A stretch of 63,731 nt of DNA, filler included, from Stramenopiles sp. TOSAG23-2 (taxonomy: Eukaryota), in the NCBI GenBank assembly GCA_900128395.1. It is 34 parts of 34 records of this genome, joined end to end, with 100 filler letters (N's around TTAATTAATTAA, not from the genome) between each part and the next. Parts side by side here need not be neighbours in the genome. Positions count along the whole stretch, not along the records: positions 61,968 to 63,731 come from LT652379.1; 33 more parts are not named here. One strand, 5' to 3'. This document shows, one piece after another, positions 62,614-63,731 of this stretch. The stretch's first letter is position 1. Each line of letters starts with the position of its first letter. The notes beneath the pieces were generated by a model, which was given only the letters and a program-made list of their open reading frames with translations, was not told the origin of the DNA and did not search any database. The translations under genes and the position numbers were made by a program.

Positions 62614-63731
62614 TCACACTTTCTGTTCATCATCATCAACACCTTGTCTAACTTTCTCTTCCGTATCCACATCGTCTTGGTGTTCCATTAAAGTAATTTG
62701 TTCAGGGGATACATCTCCTATTGTTGCCACACACAAACGTTTCATCATTTCGACCATCATTGATTTATGTTCATAATTGCGATTTCCACCTTTTGCTCGA
62801 TATGACATAACTTCATGACCATTCGCCATCAATTTTTGACATAATAAATATTATATTTTTGTTCTTCAATAAATCATTTCGATTCGTCAAAATATTTTGT
62901 AAAGTATTTAAGCAATTTTTATCTTCCAAAATACCACCAGTTAAAATTACTATTGCATATTCAGCATTACCAATATCGGTTGTATATGTTTGCTTCAAAG
63001 ATTCCTTTAACGATTTTGCACCAAGTGATTTGGCCCATTGAACGACTAATGGCCACTTGCAGTTATTACGTACGAGCGCATAACGATCACGATCTAATGC
63101 ATCACGGAATGTTGGTTTCATTGTGTTATAAATATATTTGGTTAATTCAAGATGTTTTTCTTCATTAGTTTTATTATATTTCAATTCACATATGTAATGT
63201 AAATTTGTTTCGCCATTTATATCTAAATCTTCTTTGTTTTGAATGATATGTTTAATCTTTGGTGCTAATGTTTTATACATGTCAATATTTAAATTATCGA
63301 TTGTGTATCGTGATATGGGCTTTTCCGTATCGCTGGACATATATCCTGCTATACTAGTCTCATCTTCATTCATGCATTTCCGAAATACTTCCATATTTTG
63401 AGATTTGATTGCATTGTGTAAATCATGTAAATCACCATTACCATCTCCTACATGTCTACCATTTGCATCATGTTTATTTGCTTTTCCACCTTTTGGACGT
63501 ATAAGCGCAATGATCTCTTGGCGAATTGGACTATGATTAATATATGCACAGTCCAGGGGAGTGCGTCCCCCCCTCTCCTTCTTATTAATGCTATCAAGAG
63601 ACATATAAGTTATTAACAATTGAATCAACTCAGTAGTCGTTTTGTTCCTACCTGCTGAGCAATGTAATGCATTCTCTCCATCACTACGTGCAATATTAGG
63701 ATCAGCTTCAAATTGCTCAATCAAATATTTA
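62614..63731 (-). CDS. Ankyrin-repeat protein with an alpha/beta C-terminal region, frame break near 62820, 5'-partial
   Basis: DGENALHCSA, GRTPLDCA, NGETNLHYIC; ORF 62614-62832 continues in another frame. Confidence 0.75.

Noticed and set aside
1-63731. tRNA, rRNA or snRNA genes
   Set aside because: None recognised by eye, including GC patches near 10590-10650 and 54935-55010; a covariance-model scan would be needed to exclude them

Overview
This is not one locus. It is 34 unrelated contigs of about 1.76-1.79 kb, sorted by decreasing length and joined by an artificial 100-bp spacer (N44-TTAATTAATTAA-N44, stops in all frames), so no gene adjacency across a spacer is meaningful. The DNA is AT-rich and eukaryotic: GT-AG introns with CTAAC branch points, (AT)n/(CA)n microsatellites, Asn/Ser-rich proteins. 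It looks like a protist, possibly a heterotrophic stramenopile, single-cell or metagenome assembly (taxon is inference). Recognisable genes, many partial: ribonucleotide reductase R2, Derlin, PRCC-like+WW, 3-beta-HSD/NSDHL-type SDR, DNAJC11-like J protein, GH27 alpha-galactosidase, WD40, LRR, ankyrin, IPT/TIG, EGF, BNR-repeat and TM-LRR proteins. Best leads within single contigs: (1) a head-to-head NDP-glucose 4,6-dehydratase (two introns) and DegT-family sugar aminotransferase, a viosamine-type amino-sugar pair known from bacteria and giant viruses; (2) an in-frame GH43 glycosidase/flavin amine oxidase fusion; (3) an intron-bearing KamA-family radical SAM aminomutase; (4) an MBD-like + chromodomain protein; (5) several dispersed repeats, MITE-like elements and a TTCGTA motif concentrated in gene 3' flanks. 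Many frameshifts, near-identical duplications and inversions look like sequencing, amplification or assembly artefacts. All calls come from motif recognition by eye; no searches were run.
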